Shown here piece after piece: positions 35,710 to 44,918 of a stretch of 55,005 nucleotides of DNA; the stretch's first letter is position 1, and each line of letters starts with the position of its first letter. The stretch comes from a virus (taxonomy: Duplodnaviria > Caudoviricetes): IMG/VR virus record IMGVR_UViG_3300031539_000039, positions 1-55,005 of that record; one strand, 5' to 3'. A program made the translations under genes and the position numbers. The notes beneath the pieces are model-generated. The model worked only from the letters and a program-made list of their open reading frames with translations, was not told the DNA's origin and searched no databases.

Positions 35710-36963
35710 TTATATCTTCTCCGCAGTCTCTCCCGTGTAGGCTTTGAAGCGGTCTAGGATGATCTGGCAGTAACGGGGGTCGAGTTCTATCATGTAGCCT
35801 TGGCGGTCTAGTTGCTCGCACGCGATGAGAGTGCTGCCGCTTCCGGCGAAGGGGTCCAGGACAATCTCCCCGGGGAGGCTGCTGTTCCCTATGGCGCGTG
35901 AACAGAGTTCCACAGGTTTCATGGTGGGGTGGAGCTTGCTCTGCTGGGGTTTGGGGATGTCCCAGACGGTGCGCTCGTTCTTCCCATAGAACTTGTGTTT
36001 GCCCATCCAGCAGTAGACGATGAGTTCATGTTTGCCCATGTAGTCCGTTCTGCCTATGACGGAGTTGTTTTTATTCCAGACGAGGACTTGGCTTAGGTAA
36101 TAGTTGTTCAGGTCCAGGGCTATGAGTAGTTCTTTGATTGTTTTTCCGGCTATTGTTATGTATATGGTGTTGTATTCTGTGAGACTGTTTTTCATAGCTT
36201 CGAGCCAGTCATGTAGGAATGCGGTGTAGTCCAGTATGGCGTCGTTTATTATCGCGGTTTGGATACGATTGCCTTTGTCAAATTTGTTTAGGAACTCGTT
36301 TTTACTGGCGTAGTCTACGTTGTAGGGCGGGTCGGTCATGACCATGTGGGCCTGCTTGCCATCGAGTATCTTGATGAAGGTTTCCTCTTTGGTGCTGTCC
36401 CCGCATAGTATCCTGTGGGGGCCCACCTTGTAGAGGTCTCCGAACTCTATGTCGGTGACCACTTCCTCTAGGGGCGGTATCCTGTATGTGTCCTCTTTGA
36501 TCTTACCCTCGAGAGCGTCCTTGATTGCCTTCTCGCCGATCTGCAGGATGCTGATAAGCTCCTTGCGTCTGCCGCCCTCTATGAGGCGCCGGTACTCGAG
36601 GAGATCCTTATCTGGGTCGTGTATGCCTCGGAGCTTGTTCGTGATCTGCCTGAGTAACCGCCTGTCCACATCGTCGACGTCGAGGCGTAGGACGGGACCA
36701 TAGTATTCCTTGTGGGCGAGGCATGTCTCTAGGCGCTGTTCGCCGTCTCCGAGCATGCCTTTCTTGTCGACTAGGATGGGGTAGACCCAGCCATATTTCT
36801 GCATGCTTCTCCAGAGACCCTCTCTGACGCGCTTGGTCATGCGATTAGGATTGTCAGAATCCTTGGTGAGTTCGCGGAGATCCTCGATGAGGGGCTTGTA
36901 CTCCTCTGGGATGTGTATCTGGGTTTTCATGTTGTTCCCTTCTTTACTAACAGGCAGGTGCAT
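35710..36963 (-). CDS. ParB-like N-domain plus N6A/N4C DNA methyltransferase
   Basis: NPN.M....L..S...YG...PILVD....GDGEQR; HRILCGDS, TDPPYN, HPTMKP, LDPFAGSGST; likely start ATG 36930. Confidence 0.9.
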   Translation of the reverse strand: MHLPVSKEGNNMKTQIHIPEEYKPLIEDLRELTKDSDNPNRMTKRVREGLWRSMQKYGWVYPILVDKKGMLGDGEQRLETCLAHKEYYGPVLRLDVDDVDRRLLRQITNKLRGIHDPDKDLLEYRRLIEGGRRKELISILQIGEKAIKDALEGKIKEDTYRIPPLEEVVTDIEFGDLYKVGPHRILCGDSTKEETFIKILDGKQAHMVMTDPPYNVDYASKNEFLNKFDKGNRIQTAIINDAILDYTAFLHDWLEAMKNSLTEYNTIYITIAGKTIKELLIALDLNNYYLSQVLVWNKNNSVIGRTDYMGKHELIVYCWMGKHKFYGKNERTVWDIPKPQQSKLHPTMKPVELCSRAIGNSSLPGEIVLDPFAGSGSTLIACEQLDRQGYMIELDPRYCQIILDRFKAYTGETAEKI

Positions 36964-37109
36964 TTCTCTAGGGCAGGGTATGCTTCAACTAGGAGGGATG
37001 CATTCTCGATGGTATCCATGTCTATTCCCAATGCTTTAAGGAGATACTTTGGTAGGGTGCATCTTCCACGGTTGTCTACCAGAACCCACTTACGGGGAAG
37101 CTCCTCCAT
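36927..37109 (-). CDS. AbrB/MazE-type DNA-binding protein
   Basis: VDNRGRCTLPKYL..ALGI. Confidence 0.75.
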   Translation of the reverse strand: MEELPRKWVLVDNRGRCTLPKYLLKALGIDMDTIENASLLVEAYPALEKCTCLLVKKGTT

Positions 37110-37117
37110 GTCTTTCG

Positions 37118-37136
37118 TTTACCCTAATTGGGTAAA
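37118..37136. promoter_or_regulatory. Inverted repeat TTTACCC-TAATT-GGGTAAA upstream of the AbrB gene (operator-like)
   Basis: Perfect 7-bp arms, 8 nt upstream of the start codon. Confidence 0.55.
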
Positions 37137-37168
37137 AGGGTATATCAGTGTTTCTTATGTGTGCTTGG

Positions 37169-37447
37169 CTATTCGCCGTTTCTTATTTGTTGGTAGGCTC
37201 CGCTGAGTCGGTGGCCTGTGACGTCGATGCCTGCCCCGATAAGTAGGGCTGAGACGTATGTCCAGATGTCTGGGTTTTCAACGCCTTGGAATATGAGGGC
37301 TGCGAGTAGGCCTCCGAGGATTGCTCTTCCTATGCTGGCCGAGAACTTTCTGGGGTTGAATGGCTCTCCTGATTCTATCCAGCCGAGAAGGGCGACGAAA
37401 AGGGCGCCGAGGACGGTGAGCAGAATTAATGTGGTTTGGGGATCCAT
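37169..37447 (-). CDS. Holin-like membrane protein (3 TM)
   Basis: Three hydrophobic helices, LGW..SGEPF..RKF. Confidence 0.6.
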   Translation of the reverse strand: MDPQTTLILLTVLGALFVALLGWIESGEPFNPRKFSASIGRAILGGLLAALIFQGVENPDIWTYVSALLIGAGIDVTGHRLSGAYQQIRNGE

Positions 37448-37495
37448 CTTGTTTCAGTTATGGTGTTAACATTCAATGATAAAAAAGTTGGGGGC

Positions 37496-37693
37496 TCAGA
37501 GGTTGTCATGGAACCGTTGATCCAAATATTCCTTAAGATTATGCTCCTGAGCCAGGGCACTATCCTGGGGATCAAGCCTATCTGCGACAGTCTCGAGACG
37601 TTCAACGAGCAGGTCTATTTTCTCTTCGTGCTCCCGGAGGATGGTTATGATCATGTCCAGGACATCTATTTTCTCGGTGTACGACATGTTCAT
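37496..37693 (-). CDS. Small coiled-coil protein
   Basis: MSYTEKIDVLDMIITILREHEEKIDLLVERLE; upstream part of the ORF-track call overlaps the MTase. Confidence 0.55.
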   Translation of the reverse strand: MNMSYTEKIDVLDMIITILREHEEKIDLLVERLETVADRLDPQDSALAQEHNLKEYLDQRFHDNL

Positions 37694-37740
37694 CTTGTTT
37701 ACATGTTTCACGTAAGGGGTTTGTGGAGCCATGATATGGA

Positions 37741-39300
37741 TTAAGGGTCTTTGAATTGGGTTAGTGGGGTGACGCCTTCGGGTCGGGGCTTGTATCTGCC
37801 ACGGATGCGTTTCTCCGCCATCTCGGCGTACTCCGGGTTTATCTCGATGCCTATGAATCTGCGACCAAGTCGGCGGGCTACTCTTAGAGCTGTGCCTGAC
37901 CCTGCGAAGGGGTCCAGAACCACGCCTCCGACCCAGTCGGCTCCGCATCCACAGTCAGACCAACCAGCCGTTTCTCTTTCATTCACATATTCAACGCCTT
38001 GTTCTCTTGCTGCTTGTCTTAATAATGCGAGGCGGTTAGCACTGGTTCCTTTCAGATATTTGCTCTCAGTTTCACCAGTGTGAAGAGTGAATTTGGGTTC
38101 AGTTATTCTTGTTCGTGGTTTTCCGCATCGGCTGCATATCCACCGGGGGCACCCTGCCTTCACGATGGGCTTGATTAATTTGGGTGGGAAGGTGGCGAAG
38201 TGGGCTCCAGGGAAGGGCGTTGTAGGGATACGCCAGAGGTCTCCGGGGTTCTTACCTTTAGGATGATAGAAGTTCTCATCATGATGGTGCTCCACCAGAT
38301 ATGGATAGTTTTCATCGGATTTTCTTCGTCGTTGTGTTCTGGCTCTTGGCGAGCCATACTTCTCTGATTCTTCACCAATACCGTCGAATTTACCTTGATA
38401 TTTCTCAGCTAATGATTTAACCATGTCAGCACTTCGTGAGCCCCTGTCTTTGGGTGATTTCTTCTTACCCCTTAACGCAATCTGTTTTTCTCCACCTTGT
38501 TGATTCATCACGTTAGGTTGAGTGACACGCTGAATTGTAGAAGCTGAATGAGGCTTCCTTATTGCGTCGAGGTCGAAGTAGTAGCGCCGTGCCTTGGCGA
38601 AGAGGAACACATGCTCGTAGGCACAGGTGAGTCGGTCTTTGACGCTGCTGGGCATGTGATTGGGTTTGTGCCAGATTATGTCGTTGCGGAGTATCCAGCC
38701 GTCGTGCTGGAGGGCGATGGCGACTCGTGCGGGGATCATGAGAAGTTGCTTAGGCTGAAGCCAGCCACCATCTGATTTTAACATTCTATTGGGATTCTGT
38801 TCTCTCGTAAGTTCCTTGAAGGCGTCTTGTGGGAGAGAGGTTGCGCCTCCACCTGGGTTGTAGCATTTTCCTTTCATTGAAGCGTATGAGTCGCCTAGGT
38901 TGATCCAGAACGTGCCCGACGGCTTCAGCACTCGTTTGATTTCAAGGCATATCTCGGCGAGGTGGTCGATGAATAATTGGGGGTGGGGTTCGAGGCCTAG
39001 GCTGCCACGCCAAGCCCCACATTCAGAGCAGAAATCGCTTTTCTGATCTTCTCCTCTTAAAGTCCCTAAGTTTGTGGATTGCTTCCCTTCCCCGCCCTGC
39101 TTATTGAATGAAGCCGTTTCCTCAGCCCACTCGTGTTCGCATTCGGGGTCGCCGCCCCACATCTTTATAGTTTCAGATCCATAGTCTCTGAGGCCCCAAT
39201 AAGGTGGGCTAGTCACCACGAGGTCGATGCTGTCCTCTGGCCACCCAGCCATGACCTCAGTGCAGTCGCCGACTATAACTTGGTTTAGGGGTAGACTCAT
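37741..39300 (-). CDS. N4C/N6A DNA methyltransferase with Zn-finger inserts
   Basis: VTSPPYWGLRDY, IIWHKPN, HFATFP, VLDPFAGSGT, IGIEIN. Confidence 0.92.
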   Translation of the reverse strand: MSLPLNQVIVGDCTEVMAGWPEDSIDLVVTSPPYWGLRDYGSETIKMWGGDPECEHEWAEETASFNKQGGEGKQSTNLGTLRGEDQKSDFCSECGAWRGSLGLEPHPQLFIDHLAEICLEIKRVLKPSGTFWINLGDSYASMKGKCYNPGGGATSLPQDAFKELTREQNPNRMLKSDGGWLQPKQLLMIPARVAIALQHDGWILRNDIIWHKPNHMPSSVKDRLTCAYEHVFLFAKARRYYFDLDAIRKPHSASTIQRVTQPNVMNQQGGEKQIALRGKKKSPKDRGSRSADMVKSLAEKYQGKFDGIGEESEKYGSPRARTQRRRKSDENYPYLVEHHHDENFYHPKGKNPGDLWRIPTTPFPGAHFATFPPKLIKPIVKAGCPRWICSRCGKPRTRITEPKFTLHTGETESKYLKGTSANRLALLRQAAREQGVEYVNERETAGWSDCGCGADWVGGVVLDPFAGSGTALRVARRLGRRFIGIEINPEYAEMAEKRIRGRYKPRPEGVTPLTQFKDP

Positions 39301-39659
39301 CTCTCCGCCTCCATCCTTGTTTCTTTAGAGTCTCTGGTCCTGAGTCTCCTTGTTTCAGGGTGCTGTAGCCAAATGTAATTATTGACGCCTTTATCATGCA
39401 TGATGAAAGCCAGCATCATGTCACCGAGGTATCTGTCGATGCCTTTGCTGTCAACTTTATATCGTCTAGTCAGTGGCGGGTGATTATGGTGGCAATAGTT
39501 GTCACGTTCACAGTGAATGCAATCATTGAAGCTGGTATAGTTCCCCTTATTACACCAGAAGCCGGATGTTTCTCCGCTGCATCCGAACTGTCTAAGTATT
39601 TTGTCTATTCGTTTAGCCTCGTTTTCATGGTGAGCTAAATATCTACTTGAAGATACCAT
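39297..39659 (-). CDS. Hypothetical Cys/His-rich protein
   Basis: Coupled ORF in early region. Confidence 0.55.
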   Translation of the reverse strand: MVSSSRYLAHHENEAKRIDKILRQFGCSGETSGFWCNKGNYTSFNDCIHCERDNYCHHNHPPLTRRYKVDSKGIDRYLGDMMLAFIMHDKGVNNYIWLQHPETRRLRTRDSKETRMEAER

Positions 39660-39860
39660 TCATTCCTCAGTCTCCTTCTCCATGAGTTTTCTGACCATTG
39701 TCTGAAAGTCTACGTTCTCGGCATGTGACAGCTTATCCATCATAGTGTAGATGCGTTCCTGGGCTTTCCGTTTTGATGTCCTCCGTAGCAGTAACCAAGT
39801 CCATTGAAGGGCATTATATTGGTTAATGCGCGTCTGTCCCTCTGCCAGTTTGCCAGTCAT
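39660..39860 (-). CDS. Hypothetical protein
   Basis: ATGA-coupled. Confidence 0.55.
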   Translation of the reverse strand: MTGKLAEGQTRINQYNALQWTWLLLRRTSKRKAQERIYTMMDKLSHAENVDFQTMVRKLMEKETEE

Positions 39861-40165
39861 TCCTTCTCGTCCTCCTTGATTCTCGGTACATCTTCAAGCC
39901 CTTTAAGGCAGTCCTGGCACCGGGTCCCTACGTCATACCAGGGCTCGTCAGGCTCCCATCGGTGCTGTAGTATGGGTATCTCGGCGTCGTAGTTCTCGGG
40001 GAAGTTGGCGTTGCAGAGGTCGCAGATGATTGTGGCATCGTCGACGACTATGTGGTCCACATCTGTGATGTTGCCTTTTTGGTCGAACCACTCGATCTTG
40101 TTGAAGCGGTTAGCCCATCGGGAGGAGTATCGGTGGGTGAGTAGGATGCGGTATTCACGGGTCAT
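39857..40165 (-). CDS. Zn-finger protein
   Basis: CDLC...CQDC. Confidence 0.6.
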   Translation of the reverse strand: MTREYRILLTHRYSSRWANRFNKIEWFDQKGNITDVDHIVVDDATIICDLCNANFPENYDAEIPILQHRWEPDEPWYDVGTRCQDCLKGLEDVPRIKEDEKE

Positions 40166-40467
40166 CTCATATCCTTCCCTTGTCTCTCTTTCACTAACTC
40201 GTTTCTGAAGGCTTCGAGTGCGAGTTCTCTATCCGAAAGTTTACCATATTTTTCGATGTCACATAGAAGATCATCGAGTCGATCCATAGCTAAAGAGAAG
40301 TTCCTTTCATAGGCTGCCGTTGGTCGTGCATTTTCTAAAATCTGCTTGGCCTTGTTTAGTTTCTTATAGAATCTCTCAACTGAGGGTGAGTCGAACTTGT
40401 CGCCTTCTTTTAACCCTTTGCAGTAGAAGAGGTATTTTATCAATCTACCAGATGGAGAGTAGACCAT
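40162..40467 (-). CDS. Hypothetical protein
   Basis: Coupled ORF. Confidence 0.55.
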   Translation of the reverse strand: MVYSPSGRLIKYLFYCKGLKEGDKFDSPSVERFYKKLNKAKQILENARPTAAYERNFSLAMDRLDDLLCDIEKYGKLSDRELALEAFRNELVKERQGKDMR

Positions 40468-40796
40468 TAGGTTTTACCGTCCCTGTGTTTACTGTATTCT
40501 TTGACGACCGCCATCTTTGTTTCCTCAAGTTTTTTGAGTGTGTCCTCTTTCTTGCTCCATATGATGAGGGTGGCCTGTTTGAACATCTCCTCGCTCACTG
40601 TGGTCACTAGGAATCTGTCGTCTCGCCGTTCTATCTTGGCCAGCCCCTCTATGAAGCCGTCCTCCCAGGTGTCCTCCGTCATCATCCGGGGCATCGTCTC
40701 AGCGACATACTCGGCGGCGGCCCTTATGTTTCGGAACACTAGGTCTCGGCGTTTGGTGCAGAGCCAATAGAGGCTACGGCCTATGTCGAGGCTCAT
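40467..40796 (-). CDS. Hypothetical protein
   Basis: ATGA-coupled with GGAGGAG RBS. Confidence 0.6.
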   Translation of the reverse strand: MSLDIGRSLYWLCTKRRDLVFRNIRAAAEYVAETMPRMMTEDTWEDGFIEGLAKIERRDDRFLVTTVSEEMFKQATLIIWSKKEDTLKKLEETKMAVVKEYSKHRDGKT

Positions 40797-41836
40797 TCTT
40801 TGTTCTCCTCCAGCTGGATTCTTATCACCTCAATCCGATACTCAACCATCTTATGGACTTCCTCCAGTTTATTGTACAGCTTGCTAAGCTCCTCCTCCGC
40901 GGCCCTGCAGGCTTCCCTAGCTTCGTCACGCTGCTTTGTGTACGTGTCCTCGTCATAGTGTTTGTTGACGGCGTCTTTGATGATCTTCCTGAAGGCGTTG
41001 GGCTGGATTGCTGCCATGGCGTCGAGTTCGACTCTGAAGACGCCGTCCTCCCACTTGTCCCAGCGTGGGTCGCGTTGCATCTTGGCTATCTCGGCGGCGT
41101 CCTCGGGTTTCCAGGGGAGATTGTACTTCATGATCTGCGCTTTGGTGAGCAGTATCTTCTCTGCGATGCAGGTCACCCCGAACTTGATGTGTAGCCGCTC
41201 CTGGACATCACGGGCTATGTCTTCTCCGCTGGGGTCGTAGTCGGTTATGATCAGGAGCTGGACTTCTCCGCAGCGTGGGTCTTCTCCGCCTTTCAGCTGG
41301 CTTAGTGAACGGATCCGGTCAGCTAACTGTTTCACGAAGGTGGTGCTTGAGTAGCCTCTAAGGGGGAATATCTCGACATCCTGCGTTTTCGTGACGCTCT
41401 GGACGGCGCTGAGTATGGCGTCCTTCTCTATGGCTATTATCACTCGTTTCGGTTGAGCTGACCACTTCGCTAGTCCGAAGTTGACGTGGGGGTCCGCTAT
41501 CGCATCGAAGGCGCTCTCAAGATCGTAGAGCTTGTCTCGGGTTTCTGTGCTGGCGTTGTATTTGGCGTCCTCTAATGTGACGTCGCTTCTCGCTCCCGTG
41601 CTTGATCGGATGTTGTCGACCATCAGGTTCCAGGGGAAGGTGCCTTCGATTCGGGCGTCGGATAGTGCCCGGCTCAGGCCCTTGTAGGCGCTCTTGGTGT
41701 TGGGGATGACCCCGATGCTTACGAGGCGGTAGTAGATGGCTCTCAGCGTCGGGGACTTGTTGTCATATTCTTGGCGGTAGGCTTCTGCCTCCTTGATCGC
41801 CTGGGGAACGATGGCAGCCCAGTTGAGGTTAACCAC
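40793..41836 (-). CDS. Topo VI-A/Spo11-like WHD-TOPRIM nuclease
   Basis: PTLRAIYYRLVS, IEKDA, RGYSS, TDYDPSGEDI, VELDA. Confidence 0.85.
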   Translation of the reverse strand: MVNLNWAAIVPQAIKEAEAYRQEYDNKSPTLRAIYYRLVSIGVIPNTKSAYKGLSRALSDARIEGTFPWNLMVDNIRSSTGARSDVTLEDAKYNASTETRDKLYDLESAFDAIADPHVNFGLAKWSAQPKRVIIAIEKDAILSAVQSVTKTQDVEIFPLRGYSSTTFVKQLADRIRSLSQLKGGEDPRCGEVQLLIITDYDPSGEDIARDVQERLHIKFGVTCIAEKILLTKAQIMKYNLPWKPEDAAEIAKMQRDPRWDKWEDGVFRVELDAMAAIQPNAFRKIIKDAVNKHYDEDTYTKQRDEAREACRAAEEELSKLYNKLEEVHKMVEYRIEVIRIQLEENKE

Positions 41837-41837
41837 T

Positions 41838-42041
41838 TTACCACCTCACCAAGTACTCGTGGTCGATGTCTGGCTCCCGTGGCATTATGATGCTCGCGGG
41901 GGTCGTATCTATTTCTAGGGAGCAAGGGCTCCCGTGTTCACACCGTCGGAAGTGTGGACATCCTAGACATTTATCCATCATCTCAGCGTCGGTAAGGCTA
42001 TACATGTTACCGAAGCATGGTGGATACTGTTGGGTCTTCAT
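41838..42041 (-). CDS. Small Cys-rich protein
   Basis: PPCFG...CLGCPHFRRC. Confidence 0.55.
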   Translation of the reverse strand: MKTQQYPPCFGNMYSLTDAEMMDKCLGCPHFRRCEHGSPCSLEIDTTPASIIMPREPDIDHEYLVRW

Positions 42042-42187
42042 CTACACCATCCCCAGGGGTAAGAAAAAATGTGGACGGTTCGCCCGCAGATCCCGCAGTG
42101 CCCAGGGGTGGGCGAGCGGGGGTGCAGGGCGACCCGGCGGAAGTTGGCGCAATCGGGGGCGGTGCAGACGCTTTTCTGGTTGGTCAT
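42038..42187 (-). CDS. Small Zn-ribbon protein
   Basis: C...DC...CGICG; ATG 42187 behind GGTGA. Confidence 0.55.
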   Translation of the reverse strand: MTNQKSVCTAPDCANFRRVALHPRSPTPGHCGICGRTVHIFSYPWGWCR

Positions 42188-42204
42188 TTTCGTCACCACA
42201 TGGG

Positions 42205-42228
42205 GGTACGGGTAACAATATTTATAAC
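42205..42228 (-). promoter_or_regulatory. Early promoter: TTATAAAT box followed by ATTGTTACCCGTACC
   Basis: 15-bp element identical to 51423-51437, in the same position relative to a TATA-like box. Confidence 0.65.
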
Positions 42229-42352
42229 TTGTGGACATGTCCTCATTGGGGTTTGGGGGTGAAATGTCTTTATACTCCTATGGGATTAGGGTAACTGACT
42301 GAGGGGGGAATCGCCTTATGATTGGCGTTTCGTCACCACCCCCTCGTCAACT

Positions 42353-42625
42353 TTACCTTGTGGTGCTGTTGATCTTTCGGTTTATGGATAGCAATAGTTT
42401 TTTGAGACGTTCCGGGTCTCTGCGGACTCTGCCCTCAAAGATGGTGTAGTATTCGTCCAAGTATTCTAGGTGCTCCACGGTGCTTTCGTAGAAGGTTGTT
42501 AGACGGTTGTCTATGTTTGGTGTGGGTTCTCCGATCTTGGTGCTCCGTATTTTGAAGTTCTCAGCGTTCCTACCTATAGCCCTCAAGGTGGCTTTTTGTT
42601 TTTCTGTGACGCCCATATCAATCAT
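42353..42625 (-). CDS. Hypothetical protein
   Basis: ORF with upstream TTTATA box at ~42647. Confidence 0.5.
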   Translation of the reverse strand: MIDMGVTEKQKATLRAIGRNAENFKIRSTKIGEPTPNIDNRLTTFYESTVEHLEYLDEYYTIFEGRVRRDPERLKKLLLSINRKINSTTR

Positions 42626-42794
42626 GTCCCTGTATTACTTTAGAGGTATAAATGTTATGTGGGTGTTAGTTTTTGGGGGGGTTGGGGGGTACCCTATGTC
42701 CCAACGTTATTTCTATGGGTTTATAATATTGAGGCATTAGTGTGACAGGGTATTCTGTGGGCGTTTAGCCTTACCTATTTGGTCTTGAGATTAG

Positions 42795-42989
42795 TTACGC
42801 ATCGGGTATGGCGGCCCTGGTTATCTTCGTGATCATGTCCTGAGGCTCATGGCGCGAGAACCGCACATAGATCACGGGGCACAACGGGTTATTGCATTGA
42901 TACTTCCCGTTCAGGGTTTCCCTCTTTAGCCATGCACCACAGTCCGGGCACCTGTGTCGCCGCTTAGATCGATCCATCTTTAATGTCAC
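42795..42989 (-). CDS. Zn-ribbon protein
   Basis: CPDCG...CNNPLC. Confidence 0.6.
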   Translation of the reverse strand: MTLKMDRSKRRHRCPDCGAWLKRETLNGKYQCNNPLCPVIYVRFSRHEPQDMITKITRAAIPDA

Positions 42990-43479
42990 CTCTACGTTTT
43001 ACGGCGGTTAGCCACATGGTTTTATGTTTGCCTGAGTTTCTTTTCGCTTTTGAACGGTACTCTTTAACATGGATTATGGTCCATCCGCAGCTTTTGAGAA
43101 GCCCCTCATAGTTCCATCTAGGTATCTCGAAGTCGCCGAACTTGGTGCAGAGCCGAGAGGAGACGCGCGTGAACTCGCAGAGTCCGGCGATAAGCAGTCT
43201 CACTAGGGCTCGTCTGGTTCTACCGGGGGTGCCCCAGTAGGTGCCTTTATTCTCCTTTGGATCGTTGTGTCTGCTTAAGATTCTGGGTATCCACGGCGGA
43301 TCGAAGAATACTACCTTGAATACATTATCCCTGAAGGGGAGATGCTGGTTATCCGCTAAGACGTGAGGAGGTCTGTTGAGGCGTGGCTCTATGTCGAGGA
43401 AGACGACCCGGTTGACTGGTTGATCCCAGTTTTTACCCCAGATGTGGCGGTTGCCGGCGGTCGCGTCCAGACTTACCAT
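42964..43479 (-). CDS. Minimal amino-DNA methyltransferase-like protein
   Basis: LDATAG.R..W, FLDI, LPF.D..F..VFFDPPW. Confidence 0.75.
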   Translation of the reverse strand: MVSLDATAGNRHIWGKNWDQPVNRVVFLDIEPRLNRPPHVLADNQHLPFRDNVFKVVFFDPPWIPRILSRHNDPKENKGTYWGTPGRTRRALVRLLIAGLCEFTRVSSRLCTKFGDFEIPRWNYEGLLKSCGWTIIHVKEYRSKAKRNSGKHKTMWLTAVKRRGDIKDGSI

Positions 43480-43486
43480 TTAGAGC

Positions 43487-43798
43487 TCACCTATCTGGGT
43501 TGAACTGCCAGGCGATGGCGGTTCGTCCTGTGATCCTGCATTCGCGGCGGCGGCTCTCTGTGAGCACCGGGTTATAGTGGAGAGGGTTGTGCTTGCCTTT
43601 GCCGCGTAGTTCGTAGACTCGGGGGGTGACCCTGTTGATGCTCCAGCCGAGTTCCTGGGCGAGCTCCATGTTGGTGAAATCAAGTACCGGGTTCTCTAGG
43701 AATATGTCGAGGACTTGTCCCTGTCTCTCTCTGAGATTAGGAAGCACCTCCCCGAAGAAGACCTCCAAGCTTGTCGACTGCATGGCTGTTCTGCTCAT
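43487..43798 (-). CDS. Winged HTH protein
   Basis: TN.ELA..LGW.INRVTPRV.ELR; C.ITGR.A..W. Confidence 0.75.
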   Translation of the reverse strand: MSRTAMQSTSLEVFFGEVLPNLRERQGQVLDIFLENPVLDFTNMELAQELGWSINRVTPRVYELRGKGKHNPLHYNPVLTESRRRECRITGRTAIAWQFNPDR

Positions 43799-43977
43799 TT
43801 TTGTTTCTCCATCTCTCGTGGGGTCTTACCGTAACGGTTAGCCTGTTCTATGGTTGATACCTTGGGATGTTCGCCTGTTATTAGTTTGTAGAATCGGGGT
43901 GACATCCACCATTCTTTGAACTCGCCACTGATCTCAATTATTCCTTTATCCTTTTGATGTTTCTTGTTTGTAGTCAT
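43795..43977 (-). CDS. Hypothetical protein
   Basis: ATGA-coupled. Confidence 0.5.
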   Translation of the reverse strand: MTTNKKHQKDKGIIEISGEFKEWWMSPRFYKLITGEHPKVSTIEQANRYGKTPREMEKQK

Positions 43978-44168
43978 TTTTTGTCGTCCTCTGTCATAAT
44001 AACCGAAACGGTGTTTCCTTGACGCTTGGACTGTTCAATAGCATATAGGTAGACCTCACAGTCAGGTGAACAGGGAACTATTACATAGTTTTTCCCGATG
44101 ACCTCGGTTTTACAGCCACATGAAAAATGGGTTTGATTACCCACCTCCCTGAAAGTGATCTGCCCCAT
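43974..44168 (-). CDS. Small Cys-containing protein
   Basis: FSCGC..PCSPDC. Confidence 0.55.
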   Translation of the reverse strand: MGQITFREVGNQTHFSCGCKTEVIGKNYVIVPCSPDCEVYLYAIEQSKRQGNTVSVIMTEDDKK

Positions 44169-44308
44169 TATATTTCCTCCTTTTTGTTTCTCCTCTGGTT
44201 CGCCGCTAACGTGCGTATCTTATCGTTCAGACAGTAGCCGCAGTGCCAGCAGATTATGACTTGGTCAGGGATCTGTGTGCCGCATTTGGGGCAGGCTATC
44301 ATCGGCAT
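44168..44308 (-). CDS. Zn-ribbon protein
   Basis: CPKCG....CWHCG; ATG 44308. Confidence 0.6.
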   Translation of the reverse strand: MPMIACPKCGTQIPDQVIICWHCGYCLNDKIRTLAANQRRNKKEEI

Positions 44309-44309
44309 C

Positions 44310-44435
44310 CTATACCGCTCCTGCTCTTTTCTCGAACCGTCGTAACCTGCGGAACACGTATATCCATGTCGCCAGCACAACTAGGGACGCAGTCCATACA
44401 ATTATGAAAGCTATTCTGAACTGGGAGTCGGTCAT
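44310..44435 (-). CDS. 41-aa membrane peptide
   Basis: MTDSQFRIAFIIVWTASLVVLATWIYVFRRLRR...; below ORF-track cutoff. Confidence 0.55.
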   Translation of the reverse strand: MTDSQFRIAFIIVWTASLVVLATWIYVFRRLRRFEKRAGAV

Positions 44436-44611
44436 TTCTCGGTCTCCTTAATGTTCTGGATATATGTGGCGCAGGGAAGGCAGACTTGACCGATTCGTAT
44501 CCACTGTGTTTTCCTGTTTTTTCCTCTTCCCACGGTCTGCTGAATATATACGGCCCTCATGTTTATGCCACAGCGGGGACACCGTTTAGGCGGAATTTTA
44601 CTTGGCGTCAG
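44432..44611 (-). CDS. Zn-ribbon protein (CTG start)
   Basis: CPRCG...WIRIGQVCLPC; GGAGG RBS; ATGA-coupled stop. Confidence 0.55.
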   Translation of the reverse strand: MTPSKIPPKRCPRCGINMRAVYIQQTVGRGKNRKTQWIRIGQVCLPCATYIQNIKETEK

Positions 44612-44918
44612 TCTCAGCCTCCGATAACGTTTTCCTTACTTGTTCAACGGCCCAATTATGACCGTGAATCCACATACCTTTTAGAAGGGCAGAAAAAGCC
44701 AAACTTTCCTGAGAAAACTCGGAAGTTTTCAATCCCTCAGGCAGTGTTCCCCCAAGGTCTGTTATTGCTTTGAAGAGAGCACCATCCTCTTCCAATGTCA
44801 TGTTTTGAAGGAGTTCAACTTCTTCTTCAGAAAGCCCTGCACCAAATCCCTTTATTCGCAAATCCATATATTTGTGGATCGCAATAAATTTTTCTTCGTT
44901 TGTCTTTATCATTTTCAT
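44598..44918 (-). CDS. Hypothetical protein
   Basis: ATG 44918 coupled to previous stop. Confidence 0.55.
   Translation of the reverse strand: MKMIKTNEEKFIAIHKYMDLRIKGFGAGLSEEEVELLQNMTLEEDGALFKAITDLGGTLPEGLKTSEFSQESLAFSALLKGMWIHGHNWAVEQVRKTLSEAETDAK

Noticed and set aside
44520-44570. Possible frameshift in the Zn-ribbon gene at the TATATA/A-run
   Set aside because: Re-translation shows CPRC and CLPC are in the same frame.
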